DNA of 32,000 bases from Nonlabens ponticola (GCF_003966335.1 NZ_CP034549.1:2580001-2612000), one strand, 5' to 3'. Shown: positions 7,658 through 17,334, counted from the first letter of the stretch. Numbers and translations are program-made. Notes: generated from the letters alone by a model not told the origin.

Positions 7658-7898
7658 AATAGTATTGTTTTAAATTATTATGATGCAAAGAGAACTGTTT
7701 AATCTAGGTATAGCTAGGGATTCCCTTGCATTCCCTAGAACTTTGGGAATATTGAGTCTAAACCGTAACTTGCGGAGTATAACAGTGAATTTAGGTTAAG
7801 TTACCCTATGGGTTACCCTGTAAAACTGAACCTTTGTAGAGTGCTGTAAACAAGATGTTTAAAGATATTGAGGAAGAACCTTCTTCTCCGCTTAAAGC

Positions 7899-7930
7899 AA
7901 AGCTCGATTTTCAGTAGAAAATCGAGCTTT
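7899..7930 (+). terminator. Intrinsic-terminator-like hairpin (13-bp perfect stem, 6-nt loop) in non-coding island-border DNA
   Basis: AAAGCTCGATTTT (7899-7911) pairs with AAAATCGAGCTTT (7918-7930), followed by TGTATTTT. No convincing upstream gene on the + strand. Confidence 0.4.
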
Positions 7931-8074
7931 TGTATTTTAGAAACATCAAGAATTACCGGTTCTTGTAAGTGGATAGAACACAAAAGCCCAGAGATCGCTT
8001 GAGCCTGACAAGGCTTGATTGTCACGAGCGTGTGAAACTAGCATCACGCAAGTATTACTTTCTTCTCCACAATG

Positions 8075-8102
8075 AAAACCCGCAACAAGAGTTGCGGGTT
8101 TT
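8075..8102. terminator. Bidirectional intrinsic terminator, probably serving the MFS transporter gene on the - strand
   Basis: AAAACCCGCAAC (8075-8086), loop AAGA, GTTGCGGGTTTT (8091-8102). A/T runs flank both sides. It lies about 120 nt downstream of the stop at 8223. Confidence 0.55.
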
Positions 8103-8222
8103 GTGTTTAACACGATTACTTGTTCAACACTAGTGTTTAATGACGCAATTGAACGCCAGAGTCATATAACGATCTAAAGTGTTGCGTTCTATAAAAAATT
8201 CAACAGCAAGATTGAAATAAGG

Positions 8223-9605
8223 TCATTCCTTCTCCCAAAAACCCTCGATTTCCTCCAGCGTTTTGCCTTTAGTCTCTGGTAGGAATTTGTAGGTCACAAA
8301 AACGATGATGAGAATAAACAGAATAAACAAGAAATAAGGCAGTGAACCGTTCCAGAAGCTGCCATTATTGACCTCGCTACCCATAACAATAGGAAAGGAT
8401 TGAGACACCGCATAGTTGGCGGCCCATTGCGCGGCAACGGCGACCGACATCGCAACGCTGCGAATATTATTAGGGAACATCTCTGACAACACCACCCAAA
8501 CCACTGGTCCCATTGACAATGCAAAAGAACCTATAAATACGAGAACACCAATCAAGGAAACTAATCCTACAGCTTGTTGTTGCAAACTAACACCTAACAT
8601 TAAGAAACCAGCAATCATCCCAAAGGAACCAATATAGATCAGCGGTTTTCTACCCAATTTATCTACTGTAAACATGGCGATAAACGTGAATACTAGATTG
8701 ACAAATGCTAGCAATATTTGCTGCGCCAGCACATCATCTTTACCAAAACCTAAGGCCTTTTCAAAAATATCAGCGCCGTAATATAATACTGCATTTATCC
8801 CTGTAAATTGTTGGAGTACAGACAGTACCGTTCCTATGGCGATGATCCCTAAGATTCCAGCAGACCAGTAATTTATTTTTTCTTTTTTGGTCGATTTATT
8901 GATTGATTTTTTGATCTCTTGTAATTCTACAACTGCTAACTCGCTGGGATGGATTTTTTCAAGAATTTGCAATGCATCGTCGTCGTCACCTTTTAGAGTA
9001 AGCCATCGCGGGCTTTTTGGTATAAAGAATAACAGGACAAGAAACAACAAACTAGGAATCAACTCTGACCAAAACATGCGTCGCCAGCCTATCGCGATGT
9101 TTTCCAGCTCAGATAAGTTTTGCCCGATAAAGTAGGTCGCTAGAAATACTACAAAAAAGCCTATTACAATCGCCAGCTGATAATAAGTTACCATGCGGCC
9201 TCGTATGTTTCCAGGTGCAATTTCTGCGATGTACATGGGTGCGTTCATCGATGCGATCCCTATTCCCAATCCACCGATGATTCTAAAAACTACCAGCATT
9301 GAGACTGTTTGCGGTAAAAATTCTGGCAACCCAGACCCTAGCGCCGATACTGAAAACAAAATTGCAGACACTATCAGCGATATTTTTCTGCCGTATCGCG
9401 TGCTCATAGGTCCGGCGATCACAGCACCTGCAAAACAGCCCAACAAGGCACTGCCCACTACCCAACCTTTCATGGTGTCGCTTAACTCAAAGAATTTGCT
9501 CAAGAAAAATTGCGCACCATTGATGACGCCTGTATCATAGCCAAATAAAAAGCCACCTATAGCGGTGACCGCAGCGATAAATAATAAATAGGATTTGTTG
9601 GACAT
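8223..9605 (-). CDS. MFS sugar porter family transporter (xylose/galactose/arabinose:H+ symporter-like)
   Basis: 460 aa with about 12 hydrophobic segments. Sugar-porter signatures are GRKISL, PKSPRWL (the PESPRxL motif) and PETKGKTLEEIE near the C-terminus. Confidence 0.85.
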   Translation of the reverse strand: MSNKSYLLFIAAVTAIGGFLFGYDTGVINGAQFFLSKFFELSDTMKGWVVGSALLGCFAGAVIAGPMSTRYGRKISLIVSAILFSVSALGSGLPEFLPQTVSMLVVFRIIGGLGIGIASMNAPMYIAEIAPGNIRGRMVTYYQLAIVIGFFVVFLATYFIGQNLSELENIAIGWRRMFWSELIPSLLFLVLLFFIPKSPRWLTLKGDDDDALQILEKIHPSELAVVELQEIKKSINKSTKKEKINYWSAGILGIIAIGTVLSVLQQFTGINAVLYYGADIFEKALGFGKDDVLAQQILLAFVNLVFTFIAMFTVDKLGRKPLIYIGSFGMIAGFLMLGVSLQQQAVGLVSLIGVLVFIGSFALSMGPVVWVVLSEMFPNNIRSVAMSVAVAAQWAANYAVSQSFPIVMGSEVNNGSFWNGSLPYFLFILFILIIVFVTYKFLPETKGKTLEEIEGFWEKE

Positions 9606-9626
9606 GGCTAGTATGGTTTGTTTTAG

Positions 9627-9648
9627 TTACGCTTTCGCGAAAGCGTAA
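9627..9648. repeat. Host palindrome copy a (fullest form): TTACGCTTTCGCGAAAGCGTAA, a 22-bp perfect palindrome
   Basis: Read directly. The 14-bp core is at 9631-9644. It is intergenic, between the stop of the 544-aa surface-protein gene and the start of the MFS gene. Confidence 0.95.
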
Positions 9649-9658
9649 ATCTAATCAT

Positions 9659-11293
9659 CTATTGCTTTATCCTTAGCACACCAGAGCTGGTCTGGTAAAC
9701 ATCGCCTGTCTCCAGACCAGCAGTGGTGGCTGCTGCATCTGTATCTGCTATAGGTAGATTTGAAAAGTTGATTTCAGTTGCTTTGATCTTGCCTTCAACA
9801 ACAAGTTTTTCATCGATTGCGGCAGTTCCTGTATTGATCCCGACATTACCTCGATCATCAATACGCATTCTTAATCTATTATTTACTGTGCCATCTAGAG
9901 AGGTATGAAAATCAATCCTGCCAGGCATGTCACCTGCACCGGTTAGATTATTTGCCATGGAACCCATGCGTATAGCTGCAGCATTTCTATAACTACTACC
10001 ATCATAACCTTGGGCTTCCATATTATAAAAATTGAAATTAGACTTTCCAGAAACTGGTAAAGGATTTGCTTGCGTGCCAGCGGCACTTCTTATGTGAAAT
10101 GTGGTAATGTTAGAACCGTAAGAATGAGCATCAAAGTCTGCATCACCACTAAAATTATCATCACCGTGAATCTCAAGTGCCTCGCTAGGCGTGGCAGTTC
10201 CTATACCAACATTACCATTTTTTAAAATTGTAAGTGCATTGTTTCTAGTGGTCACCTCACCTACTCTAAAACCATTACCTACGGTAAATAGCCTATCATT
10301 CCCTTCATAGGTGGTCGTCGATGTTGGCGTATAATTTGAATTGTAATTTCCTAGTACAGTCTCCACATATGATTTAGCGATCAATCCATTTCCTATCGTG
10401 GTTGCATTAACACCACTAGCATTATTAAATGATCCTATGGCTAGTGCATTATTTCCAGAGGCAACATTCGTAAATCCTTGAGCAAAAGAGTATTCTCCAA
10501 TGGCATCATTCAAACGTCCTTGAGTAAACGATCCTATACCACTGCTTTCATTGGTATTTCCCATGGCAACCGCATTGTCTGCAGCTGCATCATTTGCAAT
10601 TCCAATGGCAAAAGAATGCTCACCACTTGCTGTATTGGCGCGTCCCATGATCGTGGAATATCTACCAGAGGCTTCACCCAAGTAGCCAAAAGCAGTACTT
10701 GACTCACCGCTAGCGAGCGTGCTGCGACCCAATGCAAGCGCATAAGTTCCAGTAGCTCTGGTCAAGCGCCCCATGGCTACAGAACTAGTGCCGCTGGCTG
10801 TAGGATTTAAACCAAAGGCAATACTGGTTGTTCCCACATTTACTGCGTCAAAAGTGTCTCCTGTTGCTTGTCCGGCTCTAAAAGCTGCCTTTGACTTATC
10901 AAAAAAGAAACGCTTATCATCATCTGTGGTAGAAGTATCGTTGTCTAATTGATCTGACCCAAAAGCAAAATCATCATTCTTTAAGCTGGTAGTATTGTGA
11001 ACCACACCAGACTGGCTTATAAACTCATTTGACTCTGCAAAAATGAGCTGTATCCATTGTGTACCATCATAATACCAAAACCCAGAAGGATCTTCAGTCT
11101 GATAAACTAATAAACCGGTAGCTGGTGTGCTTATCGCTTCACGTTGGGTTTCAGTCATTCTTGGCGCAAGCAATCCTTGACTATCAGATGAGATATCCAG
11201 AATAGCAGATGCATCAGGATTAGTCGTGTTGATACCTACTTGAGAGAATGCACAGTGAGAAATCAATAGTGCCACTAATATTAGAAAACGCAT
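9659..11293 (-). CDS. Secreted surface protein with YadA-head/Hep_Hag-like 14-residue repeats and tail-fibre-like VGIGT motifs
   Basis: The preferred start is ATG 11293 (MRFLILVALLISHCAFSQ, a signal peptide), not the TTG at 11314. At least ten in-phase 14-aa units of form xxAxGxxxxASGxx (SIAFGLNPTASGTS, SVAMGRLTRATGTY, ...) span about nt 10385-10825. The N-terminal VGINTTNPDASAILDI and the later GNVGIGTATPSEALEI are typical of flavobacterial tail-fibre-domain proteins. Confidence 0.7.
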   Translation of the reverse strand: MRFLILVALLISHCAFSQVGINTTNPDASAILDISSDSQGLLAPRMTETQREAISTPATGLLVYQTEDPSGFWYYDGTQWIQLIFAESNEFISQSGVVHNTTSLKNDDFAFGSDQLDNDTSTTDDDKRFFFDKSKAAFRAGQATGDTFDAVNVGTTSIAFGLNPTASGTSSVAMGRLTRATGTYALALGRSTLASGESSTAFGYLGEASGRYSTIMGRANTASGEHSFAIGIANDAAADNAVAMGNTNESSGIGSFTQGRLNDAIGEYSFAQGFTNVASGNNALAIGSFNNASGVNATTIGNGLIAKSYVETVLGNYNSNYTPTSTTTYEGNDRLFTVGNGFRVGEVTTRNNALTILKNGNVGIGTATPSEALEIHGDDNFSGDADFDAHSYGSNITTFHIRSAAGTQANPLPVSGKSNFNFYNMEAQGYDGSSYRNAAAIRMGSMANNLTGAGDMPGRIDFHTSLDGTVNNRLRMRIDDRGNVGINTGTAAIDEKLVVEGKIKATEINFSNLPIADTDAAATTAGLETGDVYQTSSGVLRIKQ

Positions 11294-11500
11294 GTATCTT
11301 GAAGTTAGAAACAACTAATCTACTCTGCAAATGATCAGTAATTGATATTTGTCTTCAATAAATCTTTAATAATCCGATGAAAAACCGATAGTTGATAATT
11401 GTTAATTAAAATCGACACCAATGCCTTTGTTAATCAAGGTTTTGCTTGGATTTCATTTATCATATGTTAATCACTTAATGTTAATTTTAAAAACTATTAC

Positions 11501-11514
11501 GCTTTCGCGAAAGC
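11501..11514. repeat. Host palindrome copy b: GCTTTCGCGAAAGC (preceded by TTAC)
   Basis: Read directly. It lies in the divergent intergenic region between the surface-protein gene and pta. Confidence 0.95.
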
Positions 11515-11646
11515 AAAACCAAACTAATATCCTGCGCCTATAAAAACGCTAATCTTAGAATTAAGAATAGAATAACCATCGGAATATCGCTAGCCAAAGT
11601 CTAGGTAGTACTTTTATAAAAAGTAAGTTTTTTTATCCAAAACTAT

Positions 11647-13749
11647 ATGACCAACAAAGCCGTGTATATCACCACCATAGAATCCAATAGTGGAAAATCC
11701 ATTGTCTCGCTAGGATTGATGAAATTATTACTGAGTAAGACTGCTAAGGTTGGTTACTTCAGGCCTATCATAGATGATCTGGCTGCTGGCGCGTCTGATA
11801 ATCATATACAGACTATTGTGAGCCATTTTAATCTTGATCTGGAATTCACCGAAACCTATGCCTACCAACGTAGTGAGGTCATGCGTCTCAAAAACCAAAA
11901 TCGTGAAGACAAAATAATCACGCGCATCATCGAGAAATATAAGGCGATTGAGGAGCGTTTTGACTATGTCCTTATTGAAGGAACAAGCTTTACCGGTGAA
12001 GGCGCGCTTATTGAATTTGACGTCAATTTACTGATTGCAAAAAATCTAGGGGTACCAGCCATTATTCTTGCGAGTGCCACTGGAAAAACGACCGAAGAAT
12101 TGGTCGGTGCCTTGCAACTGGCCTACGACTCGTTTCATGATAAAGGTGTTGAAGTGCTGTCTCTTATTGCCAATAAGGTGCAAGCAAATGACGCGGATGA
12201 CGTTATTAAAAAGCTCAAGTATCATTTACCCAATGACGTCATCATCAATGCCATACCGCTCAACCCTATTCTGGCCAATCCGTCGATCAAGGAAATCGTT
12301 GAGGCGCTTGATGCCACGGTACTTTTTGGCAAGGATTACCTCAATAATCAGGCTGGATATTTTAGTGTTGGTGCAATGCAGTTACGCAACTATTTGACGC
12401 ATCTTAAAGAAAATGGCTTGGTCATCACGCCAGGCGATCGAGCAGACATTATACTGGGTGCTTTACAGGCAAATATTTCGGCAAATTACCCTGCAATCTC
12501 AGGAATTGTATTGACTGGTGGTCTGCGACCTGAGGAATCTATCATCAAACTCATAGAAGGACTGGTAGATGTTGTCCCGATACTATCCGTGCAAGGCGGC
12601 ACCTATGCAGTGACCAATCATATAGGTGACATAAAATCACAGATATATGCAGAGAATACGCAGAAAATCACAACGTCCATATCAGACTTTGAGCAGCATG
12701 TCAATGTAGATGCGTTGCTGGAGCGGTTGATCACCTTTAAGACAGATGCCATAACGCCGCGTATGTTTCAATACAACCTGCTTAAGAAGGCAACGGCGCA
12801 CAAAAAACACATCGTCCTGCCAGAAGGTATGGATGAGCGCATCTTGCGCGCTACCAAGCAGCTTACCGATATTAATGCTGTAGACATCACGCTACTGGGT
12901 GATAAAAAACAGATCGCCGACAAGGTGGCACTGATGGATCTACAGCTGGATCTCAGTAAGATATCTATTATCGATCCTGTGAAGAGCGATGATTTTGAAG
13001 CTTTCGCGAAAGCGTTATACGAACTAAGAAAGCACAAAAATGTAAACCTTGCAATGGCACGAGATCTCATGGAAGATGTCTCTTACTACGGCACCATGAT
13101 GGTATTTCAAGGAAAAGCAGACGGCATGGTATCGGGTGCGGTTCACACCACGCAACATACCATAAGGCCTGCCTTGCAATTCATCAAGACGCGACCTGGC
13201 GCCAGCATCGTTTCATCGGTATTTTTTATGTGTCTTGAAGATCGCGTGTCCGTTTATGGTGACTGTGCCATCAATCCTAATCCTACTGCATCACAACTTG
13301 CGGAAATCGCCATATCGAGTGCTGCGACTAGTAGAGCTTTTGACATTGATCCAAAAATCGCCATGCTTTCATACTCTTCTGGATCATCAGGCGTGGGCGA
13401 AGATGTAGAGCGTGTACGCGAGGCAACCCAGTTGGTAAAACAACAAGCACCAGACCTTAAGGTCGAAGGACCAATCCAATACGACGCTGCGGTTGATTTG
13501 AAAGTAGGAAAAGCCAAAATGCCTGAAAGCGAGGTCGCAGGACAGGCAAACGTGTTTATTTTCCCTGATTTAAATACTGGAAACAATACCTACAAAGCGG
13601 TGCAACGCGAGACAAAAGCTCTTGCCATAGGTCCAATTATTCAAGGATTGAACAAGCCAGTCAATGACCTAAGTCGTGGATGTACAGTAGATGATATTTT
13701 TAATACCGTGATTGTGACATCCATTCAAGCACAGGACGATTCCTTTTAA
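11647..13749 (+). CDS. pta: Phosphate acetyltransferase, long form (N-terminal BioD-like/DRTGG region plus PTA_PTB domain)
   Basis: 700 aa. The C-terminal half carries SGAVHTTQHTIRPALQ, YGDCAINPNP and ANVFIFPDLNTGNNTYKAVQR. It sits directly upstream of ackA. Confidence 0.9.
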   Translation: MTNKAVYITTIESNSGKSIVSLGLMKLLLSKTAKVGYFRPIIDDLAAGASDNHIQTIVSHFNLDLEFTETYAYQRSEVMRLKNQNREDKIITRIIEKYKAIEERFDYVLIEGTSFTGEGALIEFDVNLLIAKNLGVPAIILASATGKTTEELVGALQLAYDSFHDKGVEVLSLIANKVQANDADDVIKKLKYHLPNDVIINAIPLNPILANPSIKEIVEALDATVLFGKDYLNNQAGYFSVGAMQLRNYLTHLKENGLVITPGDRADIILGALQANISANYPAISGIVLTGGLRPEESIIKLIEGLVDVVPILSVQGGTYAVTNHIGDIKSQIYAENTQKITTSISDFEQHVNVDALLERLITFKTDAITPRMFQYNLLKKATAHKKHIVLPEGMDERILRATKQLTDINAVDITLLGDKKQIADKVALMDLQLDLSKISIIDPVKSDDFEAFAKALYELRKHKNVNLAMARDLMEDVSYYGTMMVFQGKADGMVSGAVHTTQHTIRPALQFIKTRPGASIVSSVFFMCLEDRVSVYGDCAINPNPTASQLAEIAISSAATSRAFDIDPKIAMLSYSSGSSGVGEDVERVREATQLVKQQAPDLKVEGPIQYDAAVDLKVGKAKMPESEVAGQANVFIFPDLNTGNNTYKAVQRETKALAIGPIIQGLNKPVNDLSRGCTVDDIFNTVIVTSIQAQDDSF
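13000..13013. repeat. Host palindrome copy c: GCTTTCGCGAAAGC inside pta
   Basis: Read directly. It is translated as E-AFAKA-L (frame GCT TTC GCG AAA GC). Confidence 0.95.
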
Positions 13750-13758
13750 TTCCTACTC

Positions 13759-14946
13759 ATGAAAATTCTCGTACTCAACGCTGGTAGCTCATCGATAAAG
13801 TTTCAATTACTGGATATGACAGATACAACAGTTATCGCCAGTGGAATAGTAGAACGCATTGGGCAAACTGATGCGATCACTTCTTTTGAAATAGGAAAGA
13901 ATGAGCATCGCTCAGTTATGGCTATTGCAAATCATAAAGAAGCTTTACAACAGGTGGTTCATCTTTTATTGGATCCTGAAAAAGGCGTGGTAGGTAATGT
14001 GGACGACATCACAGCGGTAGGTCATCGTGTCGTTCATGGCGGCAATGAGTTTACTGACACAACATTAATTGATGAAAACGTAAAACATAAAATCGGCGAA
14101 TTTGCCTCACTGGCACCGCTTCATAATCCACATAATCTGGAAGGTATTGAGGTGGCGACATCGCTCTTTCCCAACGCAAGACAAGTAGCGGTTTTTGACA
14201 CGGCATTTCATCAAACGATTCCTGTAAAAGCAAGCAAGTACGCATTGCCAAGTGAGTTGTTTGATGAACATCATATTCAGCTATATGGTTTTCATGGTAC
14301 GAGCCATAAATATGTATCTCAACAAGCCATTGATTACCTCAAGTTGAAAAAATCAAAAATTATCTCGATTCATTTAGGTAATGGTTGCAGCATGACGGCC
14401 ATTGAGAATGGAAAGAGTATTGATCATAGTCTAGGTTTTGCGCCATCTAATGGTTTGATTATGGGCTCACGTAGTGGCGATATTGATCATGCTATTATCT
14501 TTCATCTGGTCAACAAACTAGGGTATCAGTTGGAAGATGTGGAGCGAATGATCAGCAAAGAAAGTGGTATGCTAGGATTAACAGGTTTCAGTGATTTGCG
14601 TGAGATCCAGCAGGCCGCGAGCGATGGCGATAAAAATTGCCAACTAGCCTTAGAAATGAATGCCTACCGCATCAAGAAATACATAGGATCTTACACTGCT
14701 GCCATGAATGGGGTTGATGTAATCATTTTCACTGCAGGAATCGGTGAGAATTCAAGCTTGCTGCGAGCGATGGTTTGTGCAGATATGAATTATTTGGGAA
14801 TCTCAATGGATGCAAAAGCCAATAAGCAGCGATCTGATGAGCTTTTTGAGATTCAAAGTGGTATTTCTCAAGTCAAGATTCTCGTTATTCCAACCAATGA
14901 GGAATTGGAAATTGCAAATCAAGTAAAGACTTTATTAGAGCAATAA
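13759..14946 (+). CDS. ackA: Acetate kinase
   Basis: MKILVLNAGSSSIKFQL N-terminus, plus GHRVVHGG, GFHGTSH and IIFTAGIGENS. 395 aa. Confidence 0.93.
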   Translation: MKILVLNAGSSSIKFQLLDMTDTTVIASGIVERIGQTDAITSFEIGKNEHRSVMAIANHKEALQQVVHLLLDPEKGVVGNVDDITAVGHRVVHGGNEFTDTTLIDENVKHKIGEFASLAPLHNPHNLEGIEVATSLFPNARQVAVFDTAFHQTIPVKASKYALPSELFDEHHIQLYGFHGTSHKYVSQQAIDYLKLKKSKIISIHLGNGCSMTAIENGKSIDHSLGFAPSNGLIMGSRSGDIDHAIIFHLVNKLGYQLEDVERMISKESGMLGLTGFSDLREIQQAASDGDKNCQLALEMNAYRIKKYIGSYTAAMNGVDVIIFTAGIGENSSLLRAMVCADMNYLGISMDAKANKQRSDELFEIQSGISQVKILVIPTNEELEIANQVKTLLEQ

Positions 14947-15034
14947 TATTCTTTGAATCTAAAATTTATTTTTTTGACGCCTACAAGTGTGCATCGATTG
15001 AAACTACTTAAGAAATTGTGACCAAATATTTATA

Positions 15035-16039
15035 TTGCTTGAAATAACAAAACTTCAACTTTTGAAACTCAAATACAGTCGAGTAGCCTTTTTCACATTT
15101 GTCTACCTCATCACCTTTCTTTGGTCAAACGCTCAATCCTTTAGCGGCACCATTTTTTCTGAAAGGAACATTATTGCAAAGAATGATCAGGTAAATATCG
15201 ATTCGATTCAAAATTCAAGGCTGGGCAGTTATTCACAATATAAGATCACAGATGGCTATTATAAATCAACTTATCTTGATCAGGATACAATCCCTACATA
15301 TTCTTATACCTTTTTCAAAGAGGATTTCAAAATGTATGACGATCAATCCAACCGCGATTTCATCACTTATAGAGATGCGAGAGAATCAATATCATCACCC
15401 AAGCTCAAAATCTACAGAGATAGCGTCAAACAAATACTAGGATATAATTGCTATAAAATTGTGAAGTACTATGATAAGTTCACAGTGACCAGTTATGTAG
15501 CACCTTCCTTGAGTGTGTCCTTTAAATCATTTAAAGGACATAAGCTATCTGGCTGGTACACTACCTTAAAGAAGACTCAAGGCGCGATGGTTCTACAAAG
15601 CACAACAGAATATGAAGATTACATAGAGACAAGTACTGCAACTCAAGTGATTGAACAGCAATTATCTAAAAGAGATTTTACTCTACCTGACGATAAGCCT
15701 ATCGCCCACAAATTTGAGCAGGTAAGTGAAAGTCCGGAACTATTACCAATTACAGAAGCGCAAAAATGGTTGTATCTCAAATTATTAGAGAAGAGCAAAG
15801 CGCAATTGAAATCAGGTGAATCTTACAAATCCGTGGTAAGCATCATGATTGATAACAGTGGTGATGTAGTGGACATGAATAAAATTGAGCTGGGCAAACC
15901 AGCACTGGACGACCTAGCTGTCGAGATCATGAAAAAATGTAAGTTTAAATTTAAACCTGCAGTGAAAGATGGTGCACCAGTCAATTACTTCTCTTATTTT
16001 CCAATAACGTTTAGTTCTAGTAATTTTTCGAATAATTAG
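15035..16039 (+). CDS. Hypothetical secreted protein with a TonB-C-like C-terminal domain
   Basis: The hydrophobic N-terminus (VAFFTFVYLITFLWSNAQS) looks like a signal peptide. The C-terminal ~80 aa (VVSIMIDNSGDVVD...FKPAVKDGAPVNYFSYFPITF) resemble a TonB C-terminal fold. The start is uncertain: TTG at 15035 and no nearby ATG. Confidence 0.55.
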   Translation: MLEITKLQLLKLKYSRVAFFTFVYLITFLWSNAQSFSGTIFSERNIIAKNDQVNIDSIQNSRLGSYSQYKITDGYYKSTYLDQDTIPTYSYTFFKEDFKMYDDQSNRDFITYRDARESISSPKLKIYRDSVKQILGYNCYKIVKYYDKFTVTSYVAPSLSVSFKSFKGHKLSGWYTTLKKTQGAMVLQSTTEYEDYIETSTATQVIEQQLSKRDFTLPDDKPIAHKFEQVSESPELLPITEAQKWLYLKLLEKSKAQLKSGESYKSVVSIMIDNSGDVVDMNKIELGKPALDDLAVEIMKKCKFKFKPAVKDGAPVNYFSYFPITFSSSNFSNN

Positions 16040-16182
16040 TTTGCCGCAATATTTAATGAGCTAAAAGTTGACAGGCCTAATGCTAGATCTTAAAAAGACG
16101 CTATTAAGGTTTCTTTACACGTTAAAGCATGTTAATCAAAAGATAGATACGGCATATACATCCTATCTTGAAAATAAAAATC

Positions 16183-16335
16183 ATGAAAGCACAAGAAGGA
16201 AAATCAGAAAAAGAAGTACGCAAGGCATCTATTGAAAAGAAAATGGCTCACGATGCTGAAGCCAAAGAAGAACTCAAAAAAGGTTCTGGTGGTTATGGCT
16301 CTCGTGATTACAAAAATAATGCTGAGGAAGAATAG
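16183..16335 (+). CDS. Small hydrophilic protein, 50 aa (not in the supplied ORF track)
   Basis: ATG...TAG translated by hand gives MKAQEGKSEKEVRKASIEKKMAHDAEAKEELKKGSGGYGSRDYKNNAEEE. A strong terminator hairpin follows 22 nt downstream. Confidence 0.4.
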   Translation: MKAQEGKSEKEVRKASIEKKMAHDAEAKEELKKGSGGYGSRDYKNNAEEE

Positions 16336-16356
16336 TTACCTTATCTGCAAAACATC

Positions 16357-16383
16357 AAATCCCAACGTATGACGTTGGGATTT
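16357..16383. terminator. Bidirectional intrinsic terminator between the convergent small ORF and the DsbA-like gene
   Basis: AAATCCCAACGT (16357-16368) pairs with ACGTTGGGATTT (16372-16383), followed by TTGTTT. Confidence 0.6.
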
Positions 16384-16387
16384 TTGT

Positions 16388-17023
16388 TTATCCAGCATTT
16401 TCAAAGGCTTGTAACGCTTGCTGATAATGATTCTCTAATTGTTCAAGTGTTATATAACCTCTCGCGATAGGCGCAGCACTATTTTCTTGTAAAAGAAATA
16501 CGGTAGGAAATCCAGTGACTTGTAATTGAGAGCTGATAGCAAAGTCTTGTTTCGCCTTTTCTAGGTACTTATCGTCAGTCATTTTTTGTTCAAACTCCTT
16601 GGCATCAATGCCAACGACTTCTGCTAACTCTACATAGGTCTGCGTTTCTAACGGCTTTTTGCCATGATAGTAAATGGCCTTTTGTATATCTGACGCAAAG
16701 GACAGTTGCTGTTCCGGTTTGTATTCTCTAAAAATTGTCATCGCAATGGCTGCTGGTAAACTGGTGAAAATTGCACTGCCATCAGCTAGCGTACCATCTA
16801 GAAAATCTTTACCAAATTTTACTCCAGATCGTTGCTCTACATCCTTGTATGCAGTAGAGATGTAAGCCGCGACCTCACCTATGGGTCCTACTCGATCGCC
16901 CGTGATCATGCCACCAGAAATGACCTCGCATTCAAGACCTTTATCTTTCACAAACTGCTCAATTACAGGTGAGAAACCGTAGCACCAACCGCATAGGGCG
17001 TCATATATGTATAGTAATTTCAT
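16388..17023 (-). CDS. DsbA-family thioredoxin-fold protein
   Basis: The N-terminal YIYDALCGWCYGF contains a CxxC active site in the beta1-alpha1 position typical of DsbA/FrnE-like proteins. 211 aa. Confidence 0.8.
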   Translation of the reverse strand: MKLLYIYDALCGWCYGFSPVIEQFVKDKGLECEVISGGMITGDRVGPIGEVAAYISTAYKDVEQRSGVKFGKDFLDGTLADGSAIFTSLPAAIAMTIFREYKPEQQLSFASDIQKAIYYHGKKPLETQTYVELAEVVGIDAKEFEQKMTDDKYLEKAKQDFAISSQLQVTGFPTVFLLQENSAAPIARGYITLEQLENHYQQALQAFENAG

Positions 17024-17334
17024 GTGTTTGTGTGTTATATTTTTAGCTCAGTTTTTCCTAGTTGGCTTTGAAATTAAACCATCTATAGATAAGATTAAAG
17101 GCATTAGATATAACAAATAAGTATTACCTGCTTGTACCTGTGCTCTGGTATTTTATTTCTTTAATTAGAATGAGTTTCAGTCTGCTATGAGGAAAGGTTT
17201 TAGTTATACCGCACTTTGGTCCTGTAAGATCCTTTGCCTTCTGATAGGCACTTATATTCTCAAGCTTGATTTGATAAGCACTTTACATATAAAAAAATAC
17301 TTATGCCTTGTTTCCTTTGCTTGCTCACTATCTC

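Larger units (their letters stand above)
1..7700. mobile_element. Putative horizontally acquired defence/accessory island. The left end is off-window and the right border lies somewhere in 7263-8222.
   Basis: Content is R-M Res, an ATPase cassette and a serine recombinase. My spot counts of single 60-nt lines gave about 25-35% GC at 3-7 kb and about 38-40% in res, against about 40-48% in lines sampled at 12, 24 and 27 kb. The host palindrome GCTTTCGCGAAAGC is absent here but occurs 7 times in the remaining 24 kb. No integrase, att site or tRNA was seen in the window. Confidence 0.5.

Noticed and set aside
7813-8025. 70-aa minus-strand ORF in the island border region
   Set aside because: It runs straight through the 13-bp-stem hairpin at 7899-7930. 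It has an odd composition (RRRRFFLNIF), no start context and no motif, so it is more likely non-coding or gene-remnant DNA.
7881-8068. Direct repeat TTCTTCTCC at 7881-7889 and 8060-8068, considered as a target-site duplication
   Set aside because: It is only 9 bp, pyrimidine-rich and therefore likely by chance. Both copies lie on the same (right) side of the island and do not flank it.
7263-8222. Search for a tRNA gene or tRNA fragment as an integration site at the island border
   Set aside because: I could find no T-loop (GGTTCGAATCC-like) or acceptor-stem pattern by eye. The hairpins present are simple terminator-like stems.
9627-9648. The 22-bp palindrome considered as a canonical rho-independent terminator for the surface-protein gene
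   Set aside because: There is no T-tract on either side (flanks are TTTTAG on the left and ATCTAA on the right). The same core also occurs inside coding regions, so a general terminator role does not explain the family.
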